From: Carcharhinus amblyrhynchos
Taxonomy: Eukaryota
Direction: 5' to 3'
DNA: 64,000 nt
Assembly: GCA_965287045.1 (NCBI GenBank)
Contig: OZ336890.1
Coordinates: 28,892,001 to 28,956,000, forward strand
Within the stretch, counting starts at the first letter, position 1; every line of letters starts with the position of its first letter. Below, piece after piece: positions 52,621-64,000 of the stretch. The notes beneath the pieces are model-generated. The model was not told the DNA's origin, searched no databases, and saw only the letters and a program-made list of their open reading frames with translations. The position numbers were made by a program, and so were the translations under genes.

Positions 52621-53452
52621 CTTGAAAAAAATGCTGGTGTTACAGACTATAAAACGGAAACGAATGATTAAAGGAAGCGACTAAATGTGAGCTTCTTACT
52701 TAGTGTGCAAAATTTAAAGATGCAGAGCAAATGCTATGATATTTACAAACCTAATTCCTGAAAAGGTTTTGCACAACTCCATGACTTCAGCATCATCTTG
52801 GAAATATTGGAAGGGCAACCTTAAGCTACAAGACTAAGCAACCATCTTGAAATGGCAGATCCATCAAAGATCAATATGACATTTTGCAAGATTGTCACTT
52901 AAGGTGGAATATTGCAATGCCAATGTAGTATTCTTCTCTACAATGCTGTGTGTATCCTGGTGAGTAGCAAAAAATAATTACATTTACCTAACCTGCAGTT
53001 AGTACATATGAACTGATTGCTTCTTCAAATGGAACAAACGTTGAGGCCCTCCACAAAAATCATCAGTCAGATCTTCAAACAAGATGCTATTCTCTGTAGC
53101 TTGCGTTGGAAAAATTTTACAAGTAAAAGGATGAAAGTGTAATTTTGTTAATCCAAACACAAAATCACTGTGTGAAACAGGTAAAGAAATGGAAGGAAGT
53201 GGCCTGCTCATTTCCCTCTAAGTTGGTCAAGTGGTCGTATCTGGAGAGGAAAATGGGGGTTGCAGGCCTTCTGAAAAAAAAATTACAAATTACAAAATGA
53301 AGTTGATGACATTGAGTTGGGAAAAAAATTGCATGGCAGGTGGAATTCTTAGTTTCTGGGCAGAACAAGACCACTTCTCCTCTAAATTCCAAAAGTCTGT
53401 TGATTTAACATTGTGGAGGCTCAAGCAATAATTCATTAATGGCCAGCCTTAC

Positions 53453-53602
53453 CTGTCTAGAAGAATTCAAGTTTTGCATGCCCAGCCCCGAGGCAATGGC
53501 ACCAAGGGCCTGATTAGGGTGTGCACTGTTTGAAAGGGCAAGCTTCAGGCTTGGTGAAGGCAAAAATGGTGAAGTAGGGGACTCTTCCACTGGGCCGCCA
53601 TC
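53453..53602 (-). CDS. TNRC6C: TNRC6C coding exon; an alternative acceptor would extend it to 53626
   Basis: ccaatcag| and |gtaagg; 150 nt, phase 0-0; [50 protein letters not shown]. Confidence 0.92.
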
Positions 53603-55286
53603 CTGATTGGAGAAAGATAGGGTGAGCTATGCAGTGCCAACCATGGCATGGCACCAATTTTCAGTGAAATACGAAGGGGGTCACAGCAATAACACAACAG
53701 GGATTTCATAGTTTGAAATAATTTTAGTTAAAGGGATGATGGAAACATGTTTCAAAGACAAAAGTGATGGAGGAGTGGTTGGGGAAGAGAGAAAGAGAGA
53801 AGGAAACAAAAAAAGAGAAAAAAAGAGTTAAGTTGCATGGCTAAAAATCTTTTTCATGCCAAAGATAAATGTGCAAAGATTAAAAATAGCAATTATTGCA
53901 ATATTAAACAAACACCTTGCAGGCAAGATAGAATAACAATGACAGTGCATTCATGATCTCTTTCATAACATGGACATTATGTCCAAACCAAAAGGTCCGG
54001 GTGTCAATTTTAAGGGACACCATGTAATTCATTTAACCTACATTTCAATAAGTTTGGTTATATATATTAATCTGCTATTTAAATAAAACACCAAATATTA
54101 TATTCCTTTGACAAACTGTTTTGGTATGGGCTTCAAAATTCACCAGCCAAATGTTAAACGTAGGCACAAACACTAAGTAAAAAAACAATTCATGAAATTC
54201 CTCCTGCAACATTCAAACTACCCTATGAGAAATCAAAATATGCTTGTCTTTAGATCTTAAATGTTCTTCTTTGGCTAACTTGGCGTAAAGCTTACTTGAA
54301 TGATATTGACATGGTTCATTAAATAAATATTTCTGTATTTGATCCACGCTAAGAAAATCATCAACAGTTAATGAACACACTGATGATTGCACATAAAATC
54401 TAAAGAATCTCTTCCAAAGCATTAGCTAAACAACCACATTTATTAAAGATTAAGTTCTGCAACTGAACTTGCATTTATAGAGAGCTTTCAACATAGAAAA
54501 CATTCCTATGGCACTTTAAAGAAAAGGTGAAAAAAAAGCAATAGGCAAGGGAACAGATGCTATTGAATACAGGAAGTAAGAGCAACAGCTGCACACCCAA
54601 ATGTTGCTACATTCAAGCCAAGGTCAATACATCAAATACCCAAAATCAGATGAACTAAAGCTCTTGCAATGAAGCAAAACTTAATTAAAGTCAATAATTG
54701 AGACAATAGAACGTGCATACTAGGTACCAAGTAACACCCTAATGTGTAGTGAAAACTGAGGTTTTATTGACAAACGAATGCATGATTTTAGAAACAAACA
54801 CCAAAACTCAAAGCACTAAAAATATCAGACAGCTTCTACTGGTATCCTTCAGGGCTTTGACTTCTGCATGTTCAGATTCTTGAACAAAATCACTTTGAGA
54901 AAGATGCATAATGTGATTAGTGTAAAGAGGATCCATCTTACTTTAATCTGGTCACCATAAAATCATCAGCCTCCCCATTTTATGGCCGACTACAATCATC
55001 AGTATACATGAGTCAAACTGCAGTTTGACAAAACTAGAGCTTTCTCTTTCGCCATGAAATCATGAGTAATTAACAATCTTTCATTGCATCACAAGATAGA
55101 AATTTACTGGGGTCACACGCAACTAAATATTTTAATCATTGCAAGTGGAGTTATAGGTTAGTAATACAAGTCAGCAACATGCTTTGACTTCTTGAAGTGA
55201 TATTCTGAGAATTAGCATAAGGGGATATTGATCAATTCACAGACCAATGAAATAAGACTTCCAAATTTTTAAGACAAGAAAAATTG

Positions 55287-55627
55287 GGGTGATTGATTCT
55301 CCCATTGCTTGATTGCACCCCCTCCTACCCCCTCTTTCACTGCAACGGAGTGAGCTACACTAAACCCCACTGCGCTGGAAAGAATCTCTCTAGGCGTGGT
55401 GGTGGGAACACGAGCAGGCCTGCAGACTTCAATCCTGGGCCTGCTAATGCTATTGAAATTGTATTCAAATGTCCATTTGCATACATTATGATTTCTATCG
55501 TGGAGCTGATGGCTTTGATAATCCGGCATCCATAGAATCGCGGAAGCCGTGGCCCATGAAACAGCCTCCGCCCGAGTTTCCCACCCCATGTGCTACAAAA
55601 GCAGCGCAGTGGGATGGAGAATCGCCC
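55287..55627. mobile_element. Non-autonomous Harbinger-like MITE
   Basis: Termini ggggtgattgattctccc and ggagaatcgccc; CpG-rich interior. Confidence 0.55.
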
Positions 55628-56089
55628 GCACTGACTCTGCATTAGCAGAAAATGGCAAGCTTGAACTCATTTTAGAGCCCATGTGCTTTTATTTTTAAAT
55701 TTCACTTCAAACTTGATGTCAGTACAGGACAACTTAACTAGGGGCGGGGGACAAAAGAACCTTTCGATTCACTTGACTTTGAGTGAATAAATTTCTTTAA
55801 AAAATAAGTCCAAATTAAAACTTTACACTTTTACTTTTGGAGCTAAACTTGATTTTTCCTACACGTTACAAGTGAGATCCGAATGTTACTTGAATTACCA
55901 TGAGGTGCAAGCATTTCCCAGCCAATTCTTTTCTACTCAGTGTAGAACAGCGCATAATATTCCATCAGAACCCCTAAACTTGACCATTACATTTTAAAAA
56001 TATCGATCAGTTTCGTTCACTAGTCTGGGGAACTTGTCATCAGGCAACACACCTTTTTGTTCTTTTTCTGTTACTTATTCAAAACAAAC

Positions 56090-56235
56090 CTTGTCAAAAA
56101 AGGGGGGCCGATCCATGGAAGACTCTTTGGGGATAGAAGGTGGTCGGCAACCAAGTGGTTTAGAAACTATTCCATTGTAATCTGACATTCCCATTCCACG
56201 TTTGTCCATCTCCACTTTTTTTTCCAACAGAGCAC
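56090..56235 (-). CDS. TNRC6C: TNRC6C (GW182) coding exon, first in window; follows the UBA exon, which is outside the window
   Basis: ttttccag| acceptor and |gtttgt donor; 146 nt, phase 1 to 0; encodes ALLEKKVEMDKRGMGMSDYNGIVSKPLGCRPPSIPKESSMDRPPLFDK, matching recalled TNRC6C ALLEKKVDVDKRG...KPLGCRPP. Confidence 0.92.
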
Positions 56236-57166
56236 CTGGAAAAGGGGAAAATCCATCTTAACATAAAACAAAAAGGAAAAGGAAAAAAACAGAAGACAAA
56301 CATTAACTTTAACTAAAGACATTGCTAGGTGACTAGGTAAAACAACAAAAATACACACAAAAAGAAACTGAAACAAGTGGTCGTGGAGTATGAAACACAG
56401 ATGGGAAAATGTGTGATTGTTAATAATTCACCATACACTGACATCCCAATTTATGCCAGGTCACCTGGTGAGTTTTAAGTGGAATAAGCAAAGAAATCTC
56501 TTGGGAGGGTAGAGAATAGACGAAGGTGAAAAGAAGAACTGTGCAGGTGTCTACATAAGGTATCAAATAACTACTACCAAGGTTTAACATTCAAAAGGAA
56601 ATCATAGTTAAAGTTTGTGAAACCCCAAAGCATAACAGTCATTAATCCTAGTACAGTATGCATTCCAGAACACTGCCCAAATGTGAAGAGACACAAACAA
56701 TACTTGTTCTAAAAATGTTTGCAAATGGAATATTTTTCCCCAAGAATGTAAGGGTGGTAAAATCTTATTCAGGAAAGCAAACTGAAAAACTGTAGATGAA
56801 TTAAGTTCTAGTTAGTTCGCAGATAAAACTCCTAGAAACTGTATTATGGATGGAAATTAACAAATCACCTAAAAAGGCATAGACCAATCAAAAGTGTTAG
56901 TAAGTTTTCTGAAGGAAAGGTCATGTTTGATTAAATTAATTAAATGTGTTGTGGAATTATAACATGCATAGATAACATTTGTACTTATAAATTTTCAGAA
57001 AGCATTTGAGAAACCATACCGTAGGAGACTTCTTTGAAAAATGAAGTCATGTGCCACATAGCTGCATGAAGGTCAAGTTATCAAGAAAACCTACTACTGC
57101 ACTTTGAAAGGTACTTTGTTGACTATAATACACTGAGTAATGTCCTGAAGTAAAGGAAGCTGCTAT

Positions 57167-57876
57167 TGTGATGGAATTTGTGGTTTCAAAGCTTGTACTT
57201 TTTTGTGTAAGGCCCGAAAAGAAACTGAAAAGGGAAGTCCACCTTCCGGTTTCCAGTTGAGCACCTTCTGGTTCTCAGTCGTACTAAACCGAGATTGGAA
57301 ATCAATACTTGTGGGAAATTGAAACTGGCTGAAACCATATGAAAATATACGGCATCATCCGAAATCAGATGATCCCAGTGCTGCAGTACAGACAGGCTGA
57401 AAAAGATGGAGGCTGGATCCAGGAGCTGATGATGGGAAATATATAGTTTTTGCAGCAGTAGTTTTTTTCTTGAAGATAGCATTAGTCTATTAAGACCATT
57501 GTAAGTGCAATTTTTGTGAAGACCATATCCGTGGAACTCTAGTTGTGCTGCCCTAGGTTGGGGATCACATCCTGAGCCTGAGTGAAGGACCTGGAATTCT
57601 TAGTGAAAATGATAAGAGGTTTGAAGGACTTTGGGTTTGAGATTGATGACAAATATGCTGAGGGATTGTTCAGTAAATTTCTAAGAACTGTCTTGGTTGC
57701 ATAACTACCACTTGTGTTCTTTATAATTTGCCTGTTAATTCTTTAGTTTATGTTGATTTTAGATGTGATTGTTACAATAAAATTCAGGAGTGGAATCTTG
57801 TCCGTTGATTTACTCCTTGGGGTCATTTGGTAAATTCACTACTTTTGGTTTGTTGGTCTCCATAGGGATCATAACA
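57167..57876 (+). mobile_element. Solo LTR (Gypsy/ERV-type), 710 bp
   Basis: TGTGAT...ATAACA termini; 4-bp TSD CTAT on both sides (57163-57166 and 57877-57880); AATAAA at ~57776. Confidence 0.8.
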
Positions 57877-58439
57877 CTATATAAATTTTTTAAAATTACT
57901 ATATGATCTTTAACAACTTCCTAAGCCAAAAGTTAAACAGGTGCTGTAACATTTCATGTAAAATATGATGCAGCACTTTGCTAGGATTGTACGAGTGTGT
58001 CAGCCTAATTTATAAGTTGACATTTGAACCCATAACCTTCTGACCTAGAGTACAGAGCTACCAATTGAGCTAATGGACATTTTGTACTAAATATCTCCCA
58101 TTTATTCAATTACAGCTCATTCCCCGAATTATGTTCAACATAAATTTTATTCTTGTTTTCTAACAGCCTCTGCAACAATTTATGATCTTAACATCTAGCA
58201 GGAAAAACAGATGTACAAGATGTACATCAAATGCAATCTTACTGAGGCCTGAGTTTTGTTCTTCCAGAAGTCTAACCACGCTGCAACTAAATGGTAATAC
58301 AAAGAAGATGGGCAGCATCAACTCTACATAAAAAATTAAAAAATACCCTATGATGGAAAAGAACTACTACAACTGGAAGGAAAAATCTAGAAGACAGTCG
58401 TGATATCCGTCTTCTTAAATATTGCAGAAATTTGGGTAT

Positions 58440-58890
58440 CAAGGAGAGGGGAACCATGACTGGCCACTAATGAGATGTGGACGTTGAGGTGGATCTGTTG
58501 AGTGGCAAAACAAGGACAAGATCAGGAAGGAGTGTATGAGGGGGTCAGTGAAGAGTACGGAAGCATCAAAGAAAGCAATTGAGGACAGCTTCAAATGGTA
58601 TGGTCTATTGTGGCATGAAAGAGGACAAGCAGTAAGATGTGTGATGGAATGAGACTGCCAACAAGGAGAACAGGAAGGCCTAAAACCAGGTGGAAAGATC
58701 TGGTGACAAGTGACTCAAGTGTAGAAGAATTGGAAGGGGAATGGATATTGACAGGAGATAAAGAACAAAGAACAAAAAACAAAGAACAAAAAACAAAGAA
58801 CAAAATCAGCCCGGGAAACAGGCCCTTCGGCCCAACGAGCCCGCGCTGCTATCTCAACACCACCAGTCCACCTCTCTACCCATGACCCCT
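58440..58890 (+). mobile_element. RTE-clade LINE 3' fragment interrupted by a short CR1-type 3' tail (58760-58860, minus)
   Basis: Frameshifted EMWTLRWIC...DKIR.E..RGSVK...KWYG...RRTGRPKTRWKDLV; insert (aaagaac)n plus aaacaggcccttcggccca. Confidence 0.7.
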
Positions 58891-59521
58891 ATCTAATGTT
58901 TTATGGCTATCCTAAAGATACAGAATGTTAGTCAACCAGCATTCTGGTGACCCCAAATTAAACAAACAACCTGCAAGAAGGTACATTCCATAAAATGCGT
59001 TAGCACGAATGAAGATTTTATTTTGTAATTAAACATGTTACAGGATAGTTTATGGTAAGGGAGAATGTGGTTTTTGGGAGCAAGCTGTTTATGTTATTTA
59101 AGAATTTGGGAGGGGTGCGAGAGCAATGAAGTGGGTTGAGGAAATTAATTTGATTTGAAGTTTGAGCCTTCCGAGCAAGCTGAAACCTTTGCAACCCGTT
59201 CTATCCCATTGGAAACCTTTCAGCTCTGTTGATTTCAAAGTACAGAGCTTTGAAAGAGGCTTCCATTGACAGCTTATGGATTTCTACTCAGGCTCCAGTC
59301 AGTTGTGTTTATTTACATTTCCCTTCATCCTTGAATGCATCTCAAGTACCTCCATTGTTCCTAATGGCAATGTTGGCGTTGACTTAGCCTGACTGAAAGT
59401 TTTGGTTTCTTCAAAAGAAATAAGTGGCGTAACTTCCTCTTTTGCAGACCATTTATTCCCTTTGAAGAAACCAAAGCCACATCCAACAACATGCTCTGAA
59501 AACTCTTGCTCACATTCCAAC

Positions 59522-59860
59522 ATAGCAGCAGAGCTTACACGGTAGTTAACACTGCCGTCTCACAGCGCCAGGGACCTGGGTTCAATTCTGGCCTTGGGTG
59601 ACTGTGTGGGGTTTGTATGTTCTCACCGTGTCTGCATGGGTTTCCTCCAGGTATCCTCCCACACTCCAAAGATGTGCAGGTTAGGTAGACTGGCATACAA
59701 TAAATTGCCCCTTAGTGTCCAAGATATATTGTTAGGGAGATTAGTGGGGTGAATATGTGGGGTTACTGGGATAGGGTAGGCCTGAGTAAGACACTCTGTT
59801 GGAGAGTTAGTGCAGACCTGGATGGGCCATATGGCCTCTTTCTGCACTGTCAGGATACAA
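59522..59860 (+). mobile_element. HE1-like V-SINE
   Basis: tagttaacactgccgtctcacagcgccagggacctgggttcaattc...tgtgtggggtttgtatgttctc...tctgcactgt. Confidence 0.85.
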
Positions 59861-60229
59861 TGAAAAAAATTCTTAGTAAAACAACCCACAGCATTCTTAA
59901 ATAAAAGTGAATTTATTCTATTCCCCAAAGTTATTCTATCCACAGAACCTTTAATAAAAAATTGCAGGCTCTAAACTGCATTTTTGCCTAAAACTAATTA
60001 TGTATTCCTTGGGCCATACCCTACCCTATTTATGTATCAAATTTCAGTTAAAACTGTCCATTAGATTTTGAGACACATTGTTTACAGACAAATAGACTAA
60101 TATGGGCAAAAAGTAGTACCTCTGCCTATTTTCATTGGCAAGAGGTAAAAATGGACTGGAATAGTCCACGACTTGTGGATCAGAGGACGAGGAGGCTGGG
60201 CACTGTAGTCGCAGAGAAACAAGGAAATG

Positions 60230-61245
60230 GCAAGGACTTTGAACAAATACATTTGTCTTCATGACAGAAGATACTAAAAGCATCCCAGAAATAGTAGAAA
60301 AATAGGGGAGGGAGGAAATTAAAGTAATCACTCACTAGATAAAAAATGCATAGCAAACTAATTGTATTAAAAGCTGATAAATCCCTCGGACCTAATGGTG
60401 TGTATCCTATGGTCTTAAAAGATGCGGCTGCAGAGATAAAGATGCGTTGTATGTAATCTTCCAAAATTCCCAAGAAGCTGAAAATGATCCAGCGGATTGG
60501 AAAAATCACAATCGTCCCAATTTTAAATAAGGAGGGAGAGAGAAATCAGGAAGGTAGAGGCTAGTTAGCCTAACTTCTGGAATTGGGGAAAATGCTGGAG
60601 TCTATTATTAAGGAAGGACATTCACAAAATTTAACACATCAACTAAAGTCAACTTAGCTTTATGAAACGGAAATTATGTTTGACGTTTTTATTAGGAGTC
60701 ATTTGCAGTGGATAAAGGGGGACTGGAAGGTGGAGCATATTTAGATTTCCAAGAAGAATATACTCTAGTGCTACATAAAAAGGTTACTGCACAAGATGAG
60801 AGCTCATGGTATTGGGAGCAATATATTAGCTTGTGTAGAGGACTGACTATTAGAAAACCAAAAATTAGTATATATGAGTCATTTTCAGGTGAAGAGTAGA
60901 TAACATGGGTTAGTGCTGGGACCTAAACTAATTACAATCAATATTGATTTTCATAAAGGGTACAAATGCATTGTATCCAAATTTGTTGACGGTAGAAAGA
61001 TAGATGGGAAAGCAAGTTGTGAGGACAGCACAGAGTCTGCAAGGGGATGTAGTTGTTTAAGTGATTGGACAAAAAATTGGCAGATGGAATTCAATTTTGG
61101 GAAACTTTGAAATTACCCATTTTGGTAGGAAGAATCAAAAAGCAAAATGCAGCAAGTATTTAGGGAAGTAAATGGAATGTTAATTTTATTGCAAGGGAAA
61201 TGGAGTATAAAGGTAGGAAAGTTTTGCTACAACTGTATAGGAAAT
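60230..61245 (+). mobile_element. Old CR1 LINE RT fragment
   Basis: ADKSLGPNG-like, YLDFQ and CIVSKFVDGRKIDG...WQMEFNFGK motifs, heavily frameshifted. Confidence 0.8.
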
Positions 61246-61249
61246 TATA

Positions 61250-61875
61250 CAGGATTTAGGAGCATGAGTACACCATTTGGAACTTTGAGTCTGCTCGGCC
61301 ATTTGATAAAATCATGACTGATCCGAATGGTCAACTTCACTTTCCTGTCTGTCTCTTATAACCCTGAACCCCTTTATCAACCAAAATACAATCCTTGAAT
61401 AAAGTCAATGGTCCAACTTTCAATGTTTGCTGGGGAAGAACATACCACAGAAAAAAATTCTCATGTCTATCTTGAAAGGGAGACCTCTTACTTTGAAAAT
61501 TTACCCATAATTATAGTCACCCCACAAGAGGAAACATCCTTTCGGTATCTACCCTATCAGGTTCCCTCAGAATCTTGTATGTTACAACATGATCAGCTCT
61601 TATTCTTCTAAATTGTAGTGAATATAGACCAAACCTGTTCAACCTTTATTAAAAAAGCCCCTGATCCCAAGAATGAGTTAACTGATCCTTCTTTGAACCA
61701 CTTCTCATACATCTGTATCTTTTTACAAATTATGAGTCCAGAACTGTACACAGCACAAATGATGCGATCGCCCCAGGCCATATTCAGACGCAGTAAAGCT
61801 TCCTTATTTTTATATTGCATTCCACTTTCTTATTTCTTACTCCTTCCCAAACTGATTATACATGTTTTTCCGAGC
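61250..61875 (-). mobile_element. Old CR1 LINE 3' fragment
   Basis: YKNKEALLRLN...CAVYS(W); CR1-like 3' UTR near 61260-61330. Confidence 0.75.
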
Positions 61876-61990
61876 TAAGGTTACAAATGTCATCTATAAT
61901 TAACCCCACCAGTTTTTCATAGCTTTGTCATTCTGAAATGTACAATACCTCCAAATATTCAGCTCTTAGCCTTAGTCATCTTTCAACTGT

Positions 61991-62192
61991 GGGCAGGATT
62001 CTCTTAGCCATGCATTTCTCAGTGGTGCATGGTGGCACGCTGTTCGCTTGCAGTGGGATTTTCCAGTCCCGCCGCTGTGAGTAGGATTTCCGATTGAAGG
62101 CACTCTACACTGCTGGGAAACACATGGGCTGGGCTGTGCTGCTGGCAAGACCAGACAATTCCACTGCACGAACGACCGGAGAATTCTGGCCC
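61991..62192. mobile_element. Non-autonomous Harbinger-like MITE (~200 bp)
   Basis: Imperfect TIRs gggcaggattctc and gagaattctggccc. Confidence 0.6.
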
Positions 62193-62362
62193 AAGTCTCT
62201 GCAATGGCTATCCTGTCATACGTTTACATTTATTTGTGCTAATAATTTAATCATTTCACGAATGCTATGCCTATTCAGATAGAGTTTTTAACTGCCTTTT
62301 AAAAAAAGGTTTTGCAACATCTGGCCTTATCTCAGCCCCAAGCAGACATCCTGGCAACAGCC

Positions 62363-62628
62363 TTAAGAACATAAGAAATAGGAGCAGGAGTAGGCCATCT
62401 AGCCCCTCGAGCCTGCCCCGCCATTCAATAAGATCATGGCTGATCTGTCGTGTCTCAGTTCCACATTCCTGCCCTCTCCCCATAACCCTTAATCCCCTTG
62501 CCTATCAAAGACCTATCAACCCATGTCTTAAAAATATTTAGCGAGGCAGCCTCCACCACTTCAACAGGCAGAGAATTCCAGAGATTCACCACCCTTTGAG
62601 TGAAGAAGTTCCTCCTCCGTTCTAAACC
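62363..62628 (-). mobile_element. Young CR1 3' end, near-identical to 21696-21965
   Basis: taagaacataagaaataggagcaggagtaggccatctagcccctcgagcctgccccgccattcaataagatcatggctgatctgtcgtg. Confidence 0.92.
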
Positions 62629-62725
62629 CGGGGTGGCACGGTAGCACGGTGGTTAGCACTGTTGCTTCACAGCTCCAGGGACCTGGGTTCGATTCCCAGC
62701 TCAGATCACTGTCTGTGTGGATTGT
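62629..62725 (+). mobile_element. HE1-like SINE head, truncated
   Basis: ggggtggcacggtagcacggtggttagcactgttgcttcacagctccagggacctgggttcgattccc. Confidence 0.85.
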
Positions 62726-62789
62726 TGGCTAATATCAGTGAGAAGTGCCTAAAAATTCTACAATGGGTCCACAATCATACTCCAAAACA

Positions 62790-63300
62790 ATATTATAAAG
62801 TAACTTAATGTAGGAGCCTTCAAGACTCTTGATCTCAGCTACAGAGAACTGTTGTCTATGCCCTTGGTTATACAGTTCTCTATTACCACAACAATCACAT
62901 TTACGCCCTCACTCGAATGGCTTTTCACTCACCTTGCAGCCCCCACTCTCATCCGTGCAAACTTCAAGAATTTCAAACATGTCAAGCAATTGCAGTGTGT
63001 TGAGGCTCCTCCAATTCTACCTTCTCGATTCTCTTGCCTACCTCACTCGTAGTCACATCCTCTTGTCCCTGGCCATTAACTAAGCCAGAAGACCCTAGCC
63101 TGAGGGGTATGACTGACTTCTGGAATAAAATGCCCAGTAACTTTCCACCTCCCTGATGCATTACAGCGACTGAGGCTCGGATGCCAGTTCATTTAACTCT
63201 TGAATTTCTTCAAGATGCTGACAATTACTGCAGATGTGTTTGCCCGGGATCACACAGGCACCCAAGAAATCTCTCATACGTCAGCTGTAATATGCCCTGC
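62790..63300 (-). mobile_element. CR1 ORF1 N-terminal (zinc-finger/coiled-coil) relic
   Basis: Minus strand VIPGKHICSNCQHLEE...EL...CIREVESY...FQKSVIPLR, resembling vertebrate CR1 ORF1 N-termini. Confidence 0.6.
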
Positions 63301-63669
63301 AATCCTTACTTTGTTAATTAATTCAATTTATTTATAAAATAATAATCGCTACTAGTCCTAAGCCCTATTACTGCTAGTAAATTTTACTACTAATAATAAA
63401 ATCTTGTAACTATTAAGAAATAACCCAAGTTCCAAAAGATTATTGAGAGAAATACTCACCTATCATTCACTTACCCATTCCCCAGTGACATCATATTTCA
63501 ATTTTTCTCAGACTGGCCCTTCTGTACTCTTTCAAAATGAAGTCTCCGGCACAGTCCCAGACTTTTAAAAATAAAATTTCCAGCATTCTCTGCTTTCGTT
63601 CGAAATAAAGCTTCTGGTACTTTCCACACTCTTATTAAACAAAACTTGTCGCTTTCTACATTTTTAAAA

Positions 63670-63960
63670 GTTGGTGAGAATACACCGAGAGTACTCCATA
63701 CAGCGTTGGTGTCCTAATTTGAGAAATATACTTGCAGTGGAAGCACTTCAGAAAAAGGTTCATTAGGTTGATTCCTGGGGTGAAGGGATGGTTTGAGAAA
63801 AGGTTGAGCAGGTTGGACCTATACTAGTTGGAGTTAAGAATAACTGGTGATCTTATTGAAATAAAAGATTCTGGGGAGGCTTGAGAGGGGGCGATTCTTC
63901 TCATGGGGAACTTAGAGCTAGAGGACATAGTTTCAGAATAAGGGGTGTCCATTTAAGACA
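63670..63960 (+). mobile_element. Decayed CR1 RT C-terminal fragment
   Basis: cagaaaaaggttcattaggttgattcctggg...ggtgatcttattgaa...agaggacatagtttcagaataagggg. Confidence 0.8.
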
Positions 63961-64000
63961 GGTGGGCTTGATTACAGTTCAGAACAATAAACATCTAAAT

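Noticed and set aside
58760-58805. Tandem (aaagaac/aaaaaac)n array as a CRISPR-like repeat
   Set aside because: Simple microsatellite tail of a CR1 3' end in eukaryotic DNA; no spacers.
62629-62705. tRNA gene (A and B boxes)
   Set aside because: Runs into the V-SINE body and matches other SINE heads in the window; no proper cloverleaf or terminator.
56236-64000. TNRC6C UBA and Ago-hook exons
   Set aside because: Looked for on the minus strand and not found; they must lie beyond the window.

Overview
This is eukaryotic, AT-rich vertebrate DNA. HE1-type V-SINEs, CR1/HER1-type LINEs and Deu-type SINEs point to a shark or other elasmobranch. The main feature is the 3' half of a GW182-family gene, TNRC6C, on the minus strand. 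I traced 14 coding exons by hand from 56235 down to the stop at 16760. All have GT-AG boundaries and consistent phases, giving about 754 codons. They cover the post-UBA linker, Q-rich region, CIM-1, PAM2, RRM and the C-terminus [13 protein letters not shown] probable ~3.2 kb 3' UTR rich in miRNA seed sites follows. The Ago-binding and UBA exons lie beyond the right edge of the window. Introns and the downstream flank hold nested transposon relics: CR1, Rex1/Babar and RTE LINEs, SINEs, a solo LTR with target-site duplication (TSD), MITEs, and a complete but decayed 3.8 kb two-gene Harbinger transposon. Almost all short ORFs in the supplied track are spurious or transposon fragments. I found no convincing new biological system. 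The best leads are the Harbinger element and its target site, miRNA feedback sites, alternative splice sites, local inverted duplications and possible exons of a convergent neighbouring gene. Family assignments come from recalled motifs, not database searches.
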